64,000 bases of DNA from positions 930,001-994,000 of the forward strand of contig JASVEC010000011.1 of NCBI GenBank assembly GCA_030770535.1, written 5' to 3'. Numbering within the stretch: position 1 is the stretch's first letter; the number at the start of each line of letters is the position of its first letter. This document shows positions 50,437-63,752 of the stretch, piece after piece. A program made the translations under genes and the position numbers. This stretch comes from Batkoa obscura (taxonomy: Eukaryota). The notes under the pieces are model-generated. The model did not search any database. It saw only the letters and a list, made by a program, of their open reading frames with translations, and had not been told where the DNA came from.

Positions 50437-51660
50437 ATGAAGTTTGATCATTTACCTAAAGATTTATTATATAAGATATCTAAAAATATAAAGACAGAAG
50501 AGCTGTATGACCTACGCTTGTTAAATAGGGGAAGTATCAACTATTTAAATTATTGCCCGGATTTGACAGCTATTACTTATGATGATTATTTACATTTGGT
50601 TGTGAACTACAATAGAATTGAAATAAAAATTCAATTACCAAAATTAAGGATAATAGTCATACATATTTTATGCAATTTTTCTCCAAAAATAAATACATTC
50701 AAAGATTACTTGAATCAAAGCGAAGTTCTAGAGCTTAAATGTTATGAAGAAAATATAAAAGATGTTAATGATTGTTTGAATTCAGATAAATTAAAGTCGC
50801 TTTCAATATATATTGAAAATGTTAAAAGTATCAATGCTTTGAATATTATCAAAACAAAGTTTACCAATCTGAAGCAGGTATATTTAAGAAGATGAGATTA
50901 TGTTGCCATAACGACTAAGTCTAATCTAAACGTAAACTTTGTGTCCAATTTAAATCTAACAATTGAAGGCATGTTTAGTAATAACTTTAATATTAGCTAT
51001 TTTATTGATCTTACAAAACTGAAAAGTATAAAGTTTGATTCTTTTAGTAACTATTTGAAGACAAAGAATAATAAAACAAGAGTATAGTTGAAGAAGGTAA
51101 CATTATCTATTTAGATTGCTTTGGTTTACCAGAACTAATGAATATTTTTTTAAAACTCTGCCAACATTAAAAGAGGTTTTTATTTTTAATATGCTAAAAG
51201 GATTATTAAAATCAGTTTCTTCATCATTAAATATTATAGGTATTTATATACAATATTTATATTGTGCTATTGATAAGTTAACTAAAGAATTCAATTTTAA
51301 TAAGTGTAAAATCAAAGATGTTACTGAATATAATTTATGCAAATATAAATTTATTAAGCATATGGGGATGTATTTTTGTGTTTAAAATTGTTAGTAAAGT
51401 TCTTAAACAAAAAAATACACCCCCATATTATAATTGATTATGTTAACAGTATTTCATATAATAAATTCTTTTTTACATCTTTCTTTTCAAATATTAAAGT
51501 AATTAAAATTGATACTTTTGATATAAAATATACAAACATAAACGTTAATTATCAACTTACAACCTCTTCATTACTAACTACACCAGTTGCGTTTATTTTA
51601 AATATTATGCATTATAGTATATTAAATAAAGTCCCAAATCTAATCTGATTATGTTTGTAA
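50437..51660 (+). pseudogene. F-box/LRR-like pseudogene 1 (paralogue of 3354..4682)
   Basis: MKFDHLPKDLL start; homology continues past the stop at 50895; further stops, frameshifts, an internal deletion and a MITE insertion. Confidence 0.8.
51364..51424. mobile_element. MITE copy 7, left-end/left-end foldback derivative inside F-box pseudogene
   Basis: Left end followed by an inverted left end; ATAT duplication; excision restores the KFIKHIIIDYV frame. Confidence 0.85.
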
Positions 51661-52406
51661 ACTTTTCATGGTTTTTTAACTTATTTTTGAAATTTTACTA
51701 TTATCAATTTATTACTTCAAATAATACAATGGAGTTAATATACTTATAATTCAGGTGTTATTTATTTTATTAAATAATAATATAATGTACTCAAGTTGGT
51801 ATTTTATCAGAAATCTATAAATGAAAGTTTCTTTTACATACTAAATAGCCTTTTTATATTCAATCGCTATTAAACCCTTTTATAATTAAGTTTTTAGTGT
51901 GAGATTATTGTGTATAGCTTGTCAATTCTCTATCCTCAGCCCTTACATTAAATGATTATTATTATTAATTGAACTAATACCAAAGCTTTCGATATTAGCA
52001 TTAGATATTATACTACTTAAATATTTTTATATTATGGATCAAATTATATTCTAGAGGCTTAGTCTTTATAATCTAGTTTGATTCTAGTTCTTTTGACTGT
52101 TATTTATTCAAACTAAACGTAAGTAAGCTCTTTGATTTTTATTATTTTGTTTAATTTTTTTTAAAAACTAGAATTATGAAATGAAAAAAGATGAATAAAA
52201 AAATAGTCACGTTTATCTTGGGTCAGTAGTAAGATCATATAAAATTATTCAACTATTATCTATAAAATTTTATTCAAATGCTAAACTAAAGTCTACTAAG
52301 TTTAATTTTATTGATAATAATAATTATATACGTCATTAATTAATAGCTTTTTTTACTATATTTAACCATTTAAAAATAAGAAAGCATTATAATCAAATGT
52401 ATAAAT

Positions 52407-52504
52407 GGGGATGTTTTTTTTTGTTTCATTATTTTTTCCATTTTTTAAGCATCATTTAAGTGGAAAACTGTTAGTAGAATTCTTAAACAAAAAAATACAT
52501 CCCC
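52407..52504 (-). mobile_element. ~97-bp MITE copy 8 (reverse orientation)
   Basis: Reverse complement matches the consensus. Confidence 0.85.
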
Positions 52505-52542
52505 ATTTATACATAAATTTATAAATTCTTTTAATTGAAAAA

Positions 52543-53998
52543 ATGAAGTTTGGTCAATTGCCTAATGATATTGTACGAAATATTCAAATGTGTAAAAACA
52601 GCAGAATTATATGATCTCTGTTTATTGAATAAAGGTTTATCCAATGTTATGAACAAAGTTATTGAACATAAGTTGACTTATTCAATCTATATCAAGAGTG
52701 AATCTAAAAAGACAAACATGGACAAATAGAGTTTGAAAAAGACGAGGAAGATGGAAAAGGAATTAATTCTGTAGAAGCAATGAGGTATATCCCTAATTTA
52801 TCTTTAGTACATATGTATGAAGTCATAAGCTCAGCTAATAATAATATCATATTTGGAGAATTTGAGAAGTATCATGAGTTTGTTATAAAAACGGGTCAAC
52901 AATAAAGTATTTGCTACAAATAAGGATTGTATTAACTATTTAAAGTATTGCCCAAATTTATCAGCTATTGTTCACTATGATAACCAAAATCCATTTAACA
53001 ATGTTAATAATATTGAAATTAAAATCTGATTGCAAAAATTAAGGAAAATAGTTTAGACAATATACTCTTCGTGACTATTCACCTATAATAAATGTATTTA
53101 AAGATATTTAAATCAAATTGAAGTATTGGATCTTACATGTTATTACGGAAATATGAACAATATAATTAAGTGTTTGAATCCAGATACATTAAAATCTCTT
53201 AAGATATATTTTGATTTTGGTTTGGGTTTTAATAGTTTAGATAAGGTCAAAACATAATTTAATAACTCAAGATTTTTACACTTAGGTGAATGAAATTACA
53301 TTACTACGTCAAATGAGTTTGATACAAACGTAAACTTTATTTCCAGTTTAGGTCTAATAATTGAAAATACGTTTGAGGTTGATTTTAATATCAAATATTT
53401 TGGTGACCTTAAGAGTTAAAAGTATCAAAATAATAGACAACTCAAGCTCTTTTGCAGGAAGATATAATAATAATATGAGCATAATAGAAGATAGAAATAT
53501 TATTTCTGTAGGCTATTTTATTTTCATAGTACCAGTTAACTATACATTTTAAAATTTCCGATGCTAAAGGAAATATAGATCGAAGATATATCAATAGAAT
53601 TGTTGAAATCATTTTTCTTGCTGCCAAATATCGAGAACATTCATATTGAAAATTTATATCGTCTCCTTCATGATATAAATAGTAACTCTAGATTTAACGG
53701 AATTATTATTAATAGTTCAGAGCATGGCTTATGTAAAGTTAAATTTATTAATTGAATTACTATTGATCATACTGGTAATATTGCATTTATTGCATTTAAA
53801 GATTTTTTTATTTCTTATCTTTTTTTCTAAATCTTAAAGTCATTAAAACCTTTAGTTTTAGTTTAAGAAACATCAATATAGATGCCAATTATCAACTTAC
53901 TACCCCTTTATTATTGGTTACTCCTATTGAATCTACTATAAATATCTCAGTTTAAGAAATCAAATCAAGTCCCAATATTAACCTGGTTATGTTTATAA
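52543..53998 (+). pseudogene. F-box/LRR-like pseudogene 2
   Basis: MKFGQLPNDI, frameshift to EIFKCVKTAELYDLCLLNK; multiple stops; ends TWLCL*, homologous to NWLKLE* of the intact gene. Confidence 0.82.
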
Positions 53999-54125
53999 AA
54001 GTATATCAGTATTTAACCCAATATTTACTTTTATTAGCCATTAATAAATCACTTTCGGCTTTTTAGTTTTAAACTTTAGTATAATTAGTATTTAAATATT
54101 ATTGCAAATGATAAGCTAAATATTT

Positions 54126-54221
54126 GAGGATGTATTTTTGTGTTTAAGAATTTTACTAACACGTTTTCCACTCAAATAGCGCTTAAAAATGGAAAAAGTA
54201 ATGAAACTTAAAAACATCCTC
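54126..54221 (+). mobile_element. ~97-bp MITE copy 9
   Basis: GAGGATGT...ACATCCTC termini, ATTT direct repeats. Confidence 0.88.
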
Positions 54222-54984
54222 ATTTAATAATATTTATACATTATAATACGGCTATTGCAACTCTCTTGCAGCTTACTTAGCGATATTTTTTATAATTAAG
54301 CTATTTGTTATAATCAATTTTTTTAAGGCCTGATCTTTATATTCTGACCGAATTTTAACATAAATTTTCCTCCTAAATGAATAATTAATTAGGTCGCAAA
54401 AAAGGTACAATAGCTGTATACAAACTATGGTTTGAGTATTGAGCAGTACAGTATTTTTAACATCATATTTATCTCAACAAAAAATTTTGCACAAACGTAT
54501 AGAATTTTTTAATAATAAAACAACACAAAAATAAATAAAACCTAAAATAATAGAATGTAAATTGGAATACTCATGCTTAAAACTATAAAAATTTTGATTG
54601 TAAAGTTTACTTTTTTGTTTACTTTCGTCTCGAACTATTATTGAGAAAATTTTACCTCAGTTTGTTTAATTTTTTTTTCTCAAGATAAACATGATAAGAT
54701 AAAAATACTGTATCTTAAAATGTATTAATAAAAGCTTCAACTAATATTTTAATTTTAATGAAAAAGCAGTTTAAAAAGGATAATTAATAAAAGAATTAAA
54801 TTAAATCCAAACCTTTTTTAATAGAAATAAAATATCGAAAGGTTTTATTTACTAAAAATATGCTAATTCTATAATAAAATTTAAACTATTAAAAACTATT
54901 AAAAACTATTTTTTAAAAATTTCGATCCAATCAAAAAAATAATCCTCCCTTTAAACATCAAAAAAAAATGACCTCGATTTCTTT

Positions 54985-57753
54985 ATGCTTTCAACGCTAG
55001 CCCAATTAGCCCACAAGCAATTATCATCACTTGTGTTTCGACAAAAATTTAGTACTAGTAACATTCTTAAAATGAAAGCCAATTTAAAAGTCATTGGTAG
55101 TGGGTCGGGTCTTGATAGCTCCTCTTCTTTAATGTGTTTCTTCGACAACAAAAGATATCTATTTAACTGTGGTGAAAGTAGTCAAAGGTTAAACAATGAA
55201 CTTGGGGTTAAAATAGTTCGTTATGAACATGCATTTCTTAGTAGGGTAGAATGGGAGTGTATGGGTGGATTACCTGGATTCATTTTAACTGGTGCTGATG
55301 GTGGTAAAAGAGAATTAAATATTCATGGACCAAAGAATTTGACGCATTCAATTGCTAGTTTAAGAAATTTTATTGGAAGGTAAGAGAGAGGAAATGGGAT
55401 AATATCAGATCCGAATTAACATTCTATTTTTTTAATTTTAGACCAAATATTCAATTAAATATCCATGAAATTGATAATAATACAAAAGTATTTCAAGATG
55501 AGAATCTAAAAATTGAACAAGTTATTATATTACCTGAAGGTGAAAAGGAAACTGATTTAAAAGACGATAAATTAAAACAAAAAATGGATTTAGTAGATCA
55601 ATTTTTCAAACTAAAACAAGATAATAATAATGAAAATATCAATAAAAGAATTAAATTAGATAACTCTCAATCCCCTTTAGTCAATGGTGTATTAAGTAAT
55701 CCTATTAAACATAATAGTTCGATTTCATATATTGCTACTTGTAATGAAGTACCAGGTAATTATTAGATTATTTTACACAATTACAGCAAAGAACAGATAA
55801 TAATAATGATATTAATTTACAGGTAAATTTGATCCCCAAGCAGCGATTAAATTAGGATTAAAACCAGGACCTATATATAAAGAATTAAAAGCAGGTAACA
55901 AAGTACAAAATGATAAAGGAGAATGGATATTACCTGAACAATGTGTTGGCCCAAGTAAAAAGGGGAGTGTATTTATAGTTATTGATTGTAAAGATTTAAG
56001 TTATATTAATAATTTAAAAAATCATGAAAAGTTTAAAAAGTATATTGATAATAAAGAGGATAGAGTTGATGTTATTTATCATAATTTAGGTAAGTTTTTG
56101 AGATAATATTATATTAATATTATTTATTTATATAACTATTTTATTATTTAGGTATTGGAGTAATTTCAGATGAAAGATATCAATCATTTATGTCCTCATT
56201 TGGTTCCCAGTGTCATCATATCATTAGTAGTAAAGAAGTCTGTCCACCCTTAATTAACTTTAATTATTCTGCACAAAACCAACTAGCTTTAAATCAACTA
56301 GATAAAAATATTTATAATTTACCATATCATCATACAAATTACAATCAACAATATAATATAAATAATCAACAATTGGCTTATTCTGGCTTAGAATATCAAT
56401 TGGAGCCTGTAAGAAAAGCAATTAAAACAGATGATAAAGTTTATTTGGAGTTAACAAATGAAAAAAATCAATCCAATCAAGTGTTAAATAAATTGAAGGA
56501 ATATCAAGAGTTTATTAAAAAAGAATTTAATAATGATATAAAAGAAAAAGATGATAATCAATTTATTGTAATTATTATTATATTATTTTAATTTATTTTA
56601 ATTTATTTTAATTTATTTATAGAGTAATGGACCATTTGTATCTACATTAGGTACAGGGTCAGCTGTACCATCATTAACTAGGAATGGTAATATAATATAT
56701 AATATATAGTATATAATATATAATAGCAAATTCAATTAAAATAAACTAACTATATTTTTAATAAATAGTTAGTTCCAATTTAATAACCTTAAAGAATAAA
56801 AAAATGATGTTATTAGATTGTGGAGAAGGAACATTAGGACAAATTTATCGACATTTAGGAGAAGATCAAGGACATTCAAAAATAAGACAAAATTATAAAG
56901 ATTTTTTAGTGAATTTAAGATGTATTTATATCTCTCATCCACATGCTGATCATCATTTAGGCGTTATATCTGTAATGAAATCTATTCATGAGTATTATAA
57001 AGAAAATAATTTAAATAATGAATTATTTTACATAGCTCCATATAGTTTATATTTAAGTTTAAAAGAACATTCAATGGTTGAAGAATTTGGATTTTATAGA
57101 TGGAAATTTATTAATACTTATAATTTAATTTTGGAGAATAATAATGTTAAACCAGAGTATCAACAACAAATTGATGATTTATTAGTTGAAATGGAATTTA
57201 ATGAAATTACTACTTGTATTGTTCCTCATTGTCAACATTCTTTTGGTATTAGTTTTATTACTAAAGATAATTTTAAATTGGTTTATTCAGGGGATACTAG
57301 ACCAAGTGATAATTTAGTTCAAATTGGCAAAGAGGCAGATGTTTTAATTCATGAAGCTACTATGGATGATGAATTAGCTAAAGAAGCTAAAGCTAAAAGA
57401 CATTCAACTATTTCAGAAGCTATTGAACAGGGTAAAAAAATGCAAGTTAAAAATATTGTATTAACTCATTTTTCTCAGAGGTAAGTTATTACAACATATT
57501 ATTAATAATAATTATAGTAATTTTACAACAATATGATTTATTAACTTTGGATTCATTTTCTTTTAGATATTCTAGTTTTACTAAAATGGATCGTTTTAAA
57601 GGTTTAAATGTATTGATTGGTTCAGATTTAATGTGTTTAGATTTTAATGAAAATTCCAAAGATTCTTTAAAATTTCAAAAGTTTATTAAAGCTTTTTTAA
57701 TTTTAGATAATTGTTATCAAAAAATTGGCTATCTAAATCAAGAACTTCAATAG
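54985..57753 (+). CDS. TRZ1: Long-form tRNase Z (ELAC2/Trz1), multi-exon
   Basis: YLFNCGE, GKFDP..LGLKPGP exosite, LGTGSAVPS..RN, SHPHADHH, YSGDTRP, HEAT, HST, THFSQRY. Confidence 0.96.
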
Positions 57754-57772
57754 TATAAAATTAAGTTTATAG

Positions 57773-57820
57773 AAAATAAGAAATAAGAAATAAGAAATAA
57801 GAAATAAGAAATAAGAAATA
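57773..57820. repeat. (AAATAAG)n tandem repeat
   Basis: About 6-7 consecutive units between the convergent TRZ1 and MAK16 3' ends. Confidence 0.85.
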
Positions 57821-57945
57821 TAGAAAAAAGTAAATAAAATCATATAATTATTAATTTCTTTTAACTTTCTTTTTTTTATTTTAATAATAATAATAATTCT
57901 ATCTTCCAACTTTCAATTAAAAAATAATTTTTTGAAATTATCTTT

Positions 57946-59316
57946 TTAATTTCTATAAACTTCTTCATTTTCATATTCAATTTCCACATAAGCTCCTCTT
58001 TTCTTTTTCTTTTTATTACTCTTTTTAGTATCTATATTCTTACGTTTATCTCCCATTTTAGATTTATTAATTTTATCATCATCTTCGCTATCATCATCTT
58101 CATTATCATCACTGTTATCTAATTCTATATCACCTTCAGATTCTTCTTCAGATTCTTCAATATCTGAATCATCACTAGCATTACCCTAATTTATTATGAT
58201 TTAAATTTAGTGACATTTTATTATAACTATTGTATAATAATTACCATATTTCCATTTTCAAATAAATCTTCAAATTCTTCTTCAGACTCCGAAATCCCTT
58301 CAACAAATTCAGACTAAATAAAAAAAAACAATCAATTAGTTATCTCTCTTTAATTTTTTTTCAAAAATTGAGCTCCTTACCTCCATTTCTAATTCTTCTT
58401 CTTCTTCATCTTCTTCACTTAATTCATCTTCTACATCCATTTGTTCCCCTTCTAATATTCTTTTCCAAACTGCTTCATTAATATTTAATGGTTCTTCACC
58501 ATATGCTTTATTTTTTAATCGATTTAATAATTCTTTTTCGATATTATTTTCCAATTTAGCTGCTGCTTCTGCTTTACTTTCTCTCTTTTTTTCTCGCCTT
58601 TCTACTTTTTTATTAATAACAACCAGTTTAGGCCTATATAAAATAAATAAACAGTTAATAAGGGTTATGGTAAAGGAAAAGTGGCACAAGGAAAAGGTGA
58701 ATAAAACTTACTGATTTTTTAATTTTAATTTTCGCATTTTAATTAAATATTGTTTAATTTTAGTTAACCTTAATTTACATTTATTAATTTGTTTTTCTGG
58801 CCAATAAAGTAATTGTTGATCAATCTATTAAATAAAAATTGTTAATTGTTAATTGATAGAAACTACTTCAATTTATACAATTAAAATTCTTAATGGATAC
58901 TTACCTGTTCAATAGCCTTAATTAAATTTTTATCTAATTTGATCTTTTCCCATAATTTAGCTGGTAAATGTGCTCTTTCTGCTGTTTTTATAAATAAATA
59001 AACAGTACCTATTTAATATTAAAAATAATATTAATTAATAAATTGAATATGATATAGAATAACAATAAAGTTTCTTTTTACCTTCTTGTTCACGTACAGT
59101 AGCATATCTTGAATTAGCTAATGGACATGATTCTCGGTCACATAACCCAGTTACATTATATTCATTTCGACAAAACTTTTGAGTATCCGTACTATCAATG
59201 AAAAGTTGATTAACTTATTAGTTGAATGTTTTTATAAATGTTTTATATGTTTACCTGACTTTATAAGAACAAAATCGAGTATTTACTATGTTCCATATAA
59301 TTTCTTCGTTATTCAT
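57946..59316 (-). CDS. MAK16: Ribosome biogenesis protein Mak16, multi-exon
   Basis: [48 protein letters not shown], acidic tail, YVEIEYE. Confidence 0.96.
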
Positions 59317-59568
59317 ATTCAATTAAATTCCTTTTTCTTGTTTGGAAATGAAAAAATAAATTTCAATATTCACTAGAACTTGATATTTTTAGCCCCAAAA
59401 TTGAAACTTCAATTCTTAAAATTTGAAGCTCGATCATTGATTGGTTGGATCCAGGATTCCTTAAAGATTGCGATTTTGTTGTTGTGATTAATTTAAAATA
59501 TAAAATAAAAAGAATTAGTATTGAGTTTATTTTATTAAAATTGGATTCCCAATTTCCAATTGTTAAAA

Positions 59569-61103
59569 ATGAGTTTAAGTAAAAAAAATAATACACCCAC
59601 AAAAAAAGATATATCGACAGATCTTAAAGTAAGTTTCATTAGAATAGCACTAGAATATAAATCTAAATTATAATATTTAAAATTCAAATTTTTATTTAAA
59701 AGGTTCAATTCCCACCAAATGATACTATAGCTACTTTAAATTGGTCACCAGTAGCTGATTATTTTGTTGTTGCTTGTTGGGATGGAGAGGTAATAATTAG
59801 AAATAATAATAATAATAATAATAATAATAATTAATAAATTAATCAATTTTATTAAAGGTTCGTGTTTACCAAGTACATCCCAATCTCAGTACATCAGGAG
59901 TAGCTAGTTATAAACATGAAGGACCAGTATTAGTAGCAAAATTTAGTCCAGTAAGTAATTTTAGCTAATATTAGTATAATGTTAGTATTTTTTATAGATT
60001 TAATAAGCATATTAATTCGTATATAGGATGGTAATAAAATAGTGTCTGGCGGTGGGGATAAAAAAATTATTGTATATGATTTAGTTACTAAAAAACAGAG
60101 TATTATTGGTCAACATAATGACAGTATTAGTGGTATTGATTTTTATTCACCTACAAATTTTGTGACTTCTTCTTGGGATAAAACATTAAAGGTAAGGAAT
60201 ATTTTAAGTTAAAATAATAATAATAATTGTTTATTTAATTAAATTTATTTAACTAATTAATCAATATTTTATTCTAAACAGTATTGGGATTTAACTAAAT
60301 TTCAAATGATTGGACAAAATGAATTACCTGATAAAATTTATAAATTATCGATTGCTTTTCCATTGATGGTAGCAGCGGTAGGTAGTGAAAATTTTGCTAT
60401 TTATGATTTAAATAATCCAGGTACTTTAATGAAGGTAATAATATAATAAACAAATAATAAATAAATAGATAAATAAATAAATAACAATATATAATTATTT
60501 GATTTATAATTTAAATTAAAACCAAATCCATAGGTTATGACACCTAACAAAATGGTAGGAATTCCTAAAACATTACAAGCGTTTTCTGGAGCAACACCAG
60601 GCTTTATGTATGGAATAAGTAAAGGTAAAGGAGCAGTAGTTCATATTGATGAAAAATATTCGGATGGAAAAGATAAAAAAGATGTAACATTTCGATGTAA
60701 TCGAGACGAAAAATATTGTTATACAATTCATCAAGTATTAAGTCATCCTAATAAATTGGATGCTATGTATGCTTTGGGCTCTGATGGGGGTATTTCTACT
60801 TTTGATCTAACTAAAAAAGTTCGGATTTGTTCCATGTTTCATAAGGGGAAAAGTATCACTGCAGGTGGATTTGATAGAAATGGGTTTCTGTTGGCATATG
60901 CTACTGGTTATGATTGGAGTAGAGTAAGTTTTATTATTATTATTATTATTTAAATCAAGCAATTGTTAATTTGCATTATTCATATTAATTTGTGTTTTAT
61001 TTGTATTTTATTTATATTTTAGGGTTATAAATATCATAAACATGACGATAATTTTCAAATCTTTTTACATCGAGTTCAACCTGAAGAACTTAATAAACAA
61101 TAA
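59569..61103 (+). CDS. RAE1: Rae1/Gle2-like WD40 protein (divergent), multi-exon
   Basis: PPNDTIATLNWSP, WDGEVR, HEGPVL, SSWDKTLKYWD, GSDGG, AYATGYDWSRGY. Confidence 0.8.
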
Positions 61104-62542
61104 TAAGTAAGATTATAAATAATAACTATTAAGGAAAATATGGGGTTAAATAAATTATTGTGATAATAAAAAGTTAAATAAGAATATGTTTTATTAAATT
61201 TTATTTGTGAATAGATTAAAATTAAAATAATCTAAACAATATCACAATAAAAAATATTAATTATTTTTAAATTTATAGTTTACTTTTTTTGAGAATTAAA
61301 TAGTATAACTTTACAATCTATTAAATATTACTTCAAGATTAAAAATGGTAATAAAATAGTAAAAGTAATACAATATGTTCTACTAGCATCAATTAAGTTT
61401 TTTTTTAAAAATTCAGCTCATTTTTTTATTCAAAAATTTTCAATATTGAGGGAAAAAAGAAATTAATACAAGTTAATGGGAAAGAGAAATGAATTGTTTG
61501 ATTAGGACTTGAAGATTAGCGATATTACGCTTTGACCTTTTGATTCCCATATTTATGTCATATTCACATTTTACTTTACATTCTATATAGAGAGATGAAG
61601 CTAATAGATTAACACCAACTTCTTTAGAGCTGTTTTCAAAATGGAAATTAACGATTATCTATAGGTTCGATCTAATAAAGCAATTAATAGTTTTTAATCT
61701 TAAATAATTAACAGAAATGCAAAATAGCTGTAAATTTAAAATGTTATTTACAATGTTATTATAATAAATGCTCCATTAGTAGTTAAGTTAATTATGAATG
61801 AAGAAGAGAAGGTTATTGAGTGATTAAAATATACTTTCATATTTAAGTTAAAACTTTATAACACTAGCTTGAACATATTTAGTTTTTAACAAAAGTCATA
61901 AAGCTAATTTTAATTTTATTAATATTTTGTTAAACTAACTTTCTATTTCTGTTAAATCAATTACAATATCAACGTAGTATTAATAAAAATAAAAATAAAA
62001 ATAAAAATAAAAACTAGAGTACTAGAAAAAGATTTACCAATGGCTAGTGTAAAAAGTTAATAATTGTAAGCGCTATTTACTTACAAAATAGGTAGGTCAA
62101 CATTAAGGCTTGCTTTAATTTGTTATATTGTACAAGATTTGTTGAAGATACGATGAGAGTAACCAGTGAAAAAAATGTAGTAAATTTATAGACAACGAAA
62201 TCTGGCTTAATTATAAGCATAGCTAGTTCAACATCGGGACTTGATTTAATTTCTTATAAACAGTGGTAGTTATGATAAATTCAATAAGCATACTAATAAT
62301 AAAGGAGTAATAAGATAATAATCAACATCTATATTTGTATCTTTCAAATCAAAAGTTTTAATTTTAATTACTTTAAGATTAGAGAAGAAAGATAAAAAAT
62401 AAAAAACCTTTAAATGTAATATCATCAGTTCGATTGGTTGCACTTTGACTTATAAATTTATATTTATATGAGTTGTACTCATCATCATTGATATTGATTT
62501 CATTGAAATCAAGTTCTTTTTTTTAATTCAAGAACATCATAT

Positions 62543-62640
62543 GGGGATGTATTTTTGTGTTTAAGAATTTTACTAACAATCTTCCGCTCAAATAGCGCTT
62601 AAAAGATAAAAAAAATAATGAAGCCAAAAAAGACACCCCC
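62543..62640 (+). mobile_element. ~97-bp MITE copy 10
   Basis: GGGGATGT...ACACCCCC termini, ATAT flanks. Confidence 0.88.
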
Positions 62641-63752
62641 ATATAGGGATGTTCGGATTAGTTTCGTTTTTTTTTATCAAAAAGCAAAAGTTCCCAACAC
62701 AATTTTATATTGTTTTATTATAATTTATATTGTAAGTTAGCAAAACTTTTATTAAATTTAATACAAACCCCCGAGTTAGTAAGGATTTTACTAATGTAAC
62801 TTATATATTAATATTGATCAAAGTTGTAGTATGTAAATAAATGCATATTATTATAAAATCTCATTGAGAAATATTTATTACTGACCGCTTTATAGCCAAC
62901 ATTGCAGATTTGCTATCAAATAAATTATCTTAATGCTATAATTACATTATTAACATATCACTAAGTTAATAAATAGTTGCATGGGAGGAAATGGTTAGTT
63001 TTAAAACTATGATCAACTATCCCTATATAATACAAGCAATATAATAATAGTTTTTATTTATTATTACAATTATTTGCTTTTTGATTATTTATTAACTTAG
63101 CTATTAATAATTTAAGTAATATTAGCATTTGATATTTGATTTTTATCATTTAATAAACTACTTACTGTGAAAGTTGATACTCAGTGGTCGGAGTTAAAAG
63201 CTACTCTTGCTTAATTAACTTGCCTTGAGTCGAACGGTCTTAGTTTATATAACTAAGATAGACTTAACTTAATAGAAATAGTATGTAATAAGCTACGAAT
63301 TATGTAAAACAAATATAATGGAAGATACTACCGTAAAATCTATGTAAGATGTTGTCAGAAATACTTAGTGACTTTATTAATGATACGTTATCAGGGAGTA
63401 ATTCAATTAAAAAAGCCTCGAGTTACTATGTCGAAGAATCTCTTTTATACTCCAACTGAATGGGTATATATAAGAAACATTATAACAGTTATTCCTTATT
63501 ATAGTTGCCAAGTATGGACATTAAAACGTGGACAATAAGTTCTTCGTAATCAGGTGGTAGCAATTCTCACAGCAAATCTATATAAGGAACTCTGAATTGA
63601 TTATCATATTATAATCAATCATAGAGCTAATGAACCGATATTTCACATAGCTTTATTAAAAGTATAATACCAGGAAACAATTTAATAAAAAAGTTTTGAA
63701 TTGTTATATTAAAATTTATATATATATTTTAACTGGGTAATTAATTATATAT

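Noticed and set aside
50893..51648. TGA recoding (selenocysteine or Trp) in F-box loci
   Set aside because: These loci also have TAA/TAG stops, frameshifts and an insertion; intact genes here use TGG for Trp and TGA as a stop.
57773..57820. (AAATAAG)n as an interstitial telomere
   Set aside because: Does not match TTAGGG-like G-rich repeats; an ordinary short tandem repeat in a 3' intergenic region.
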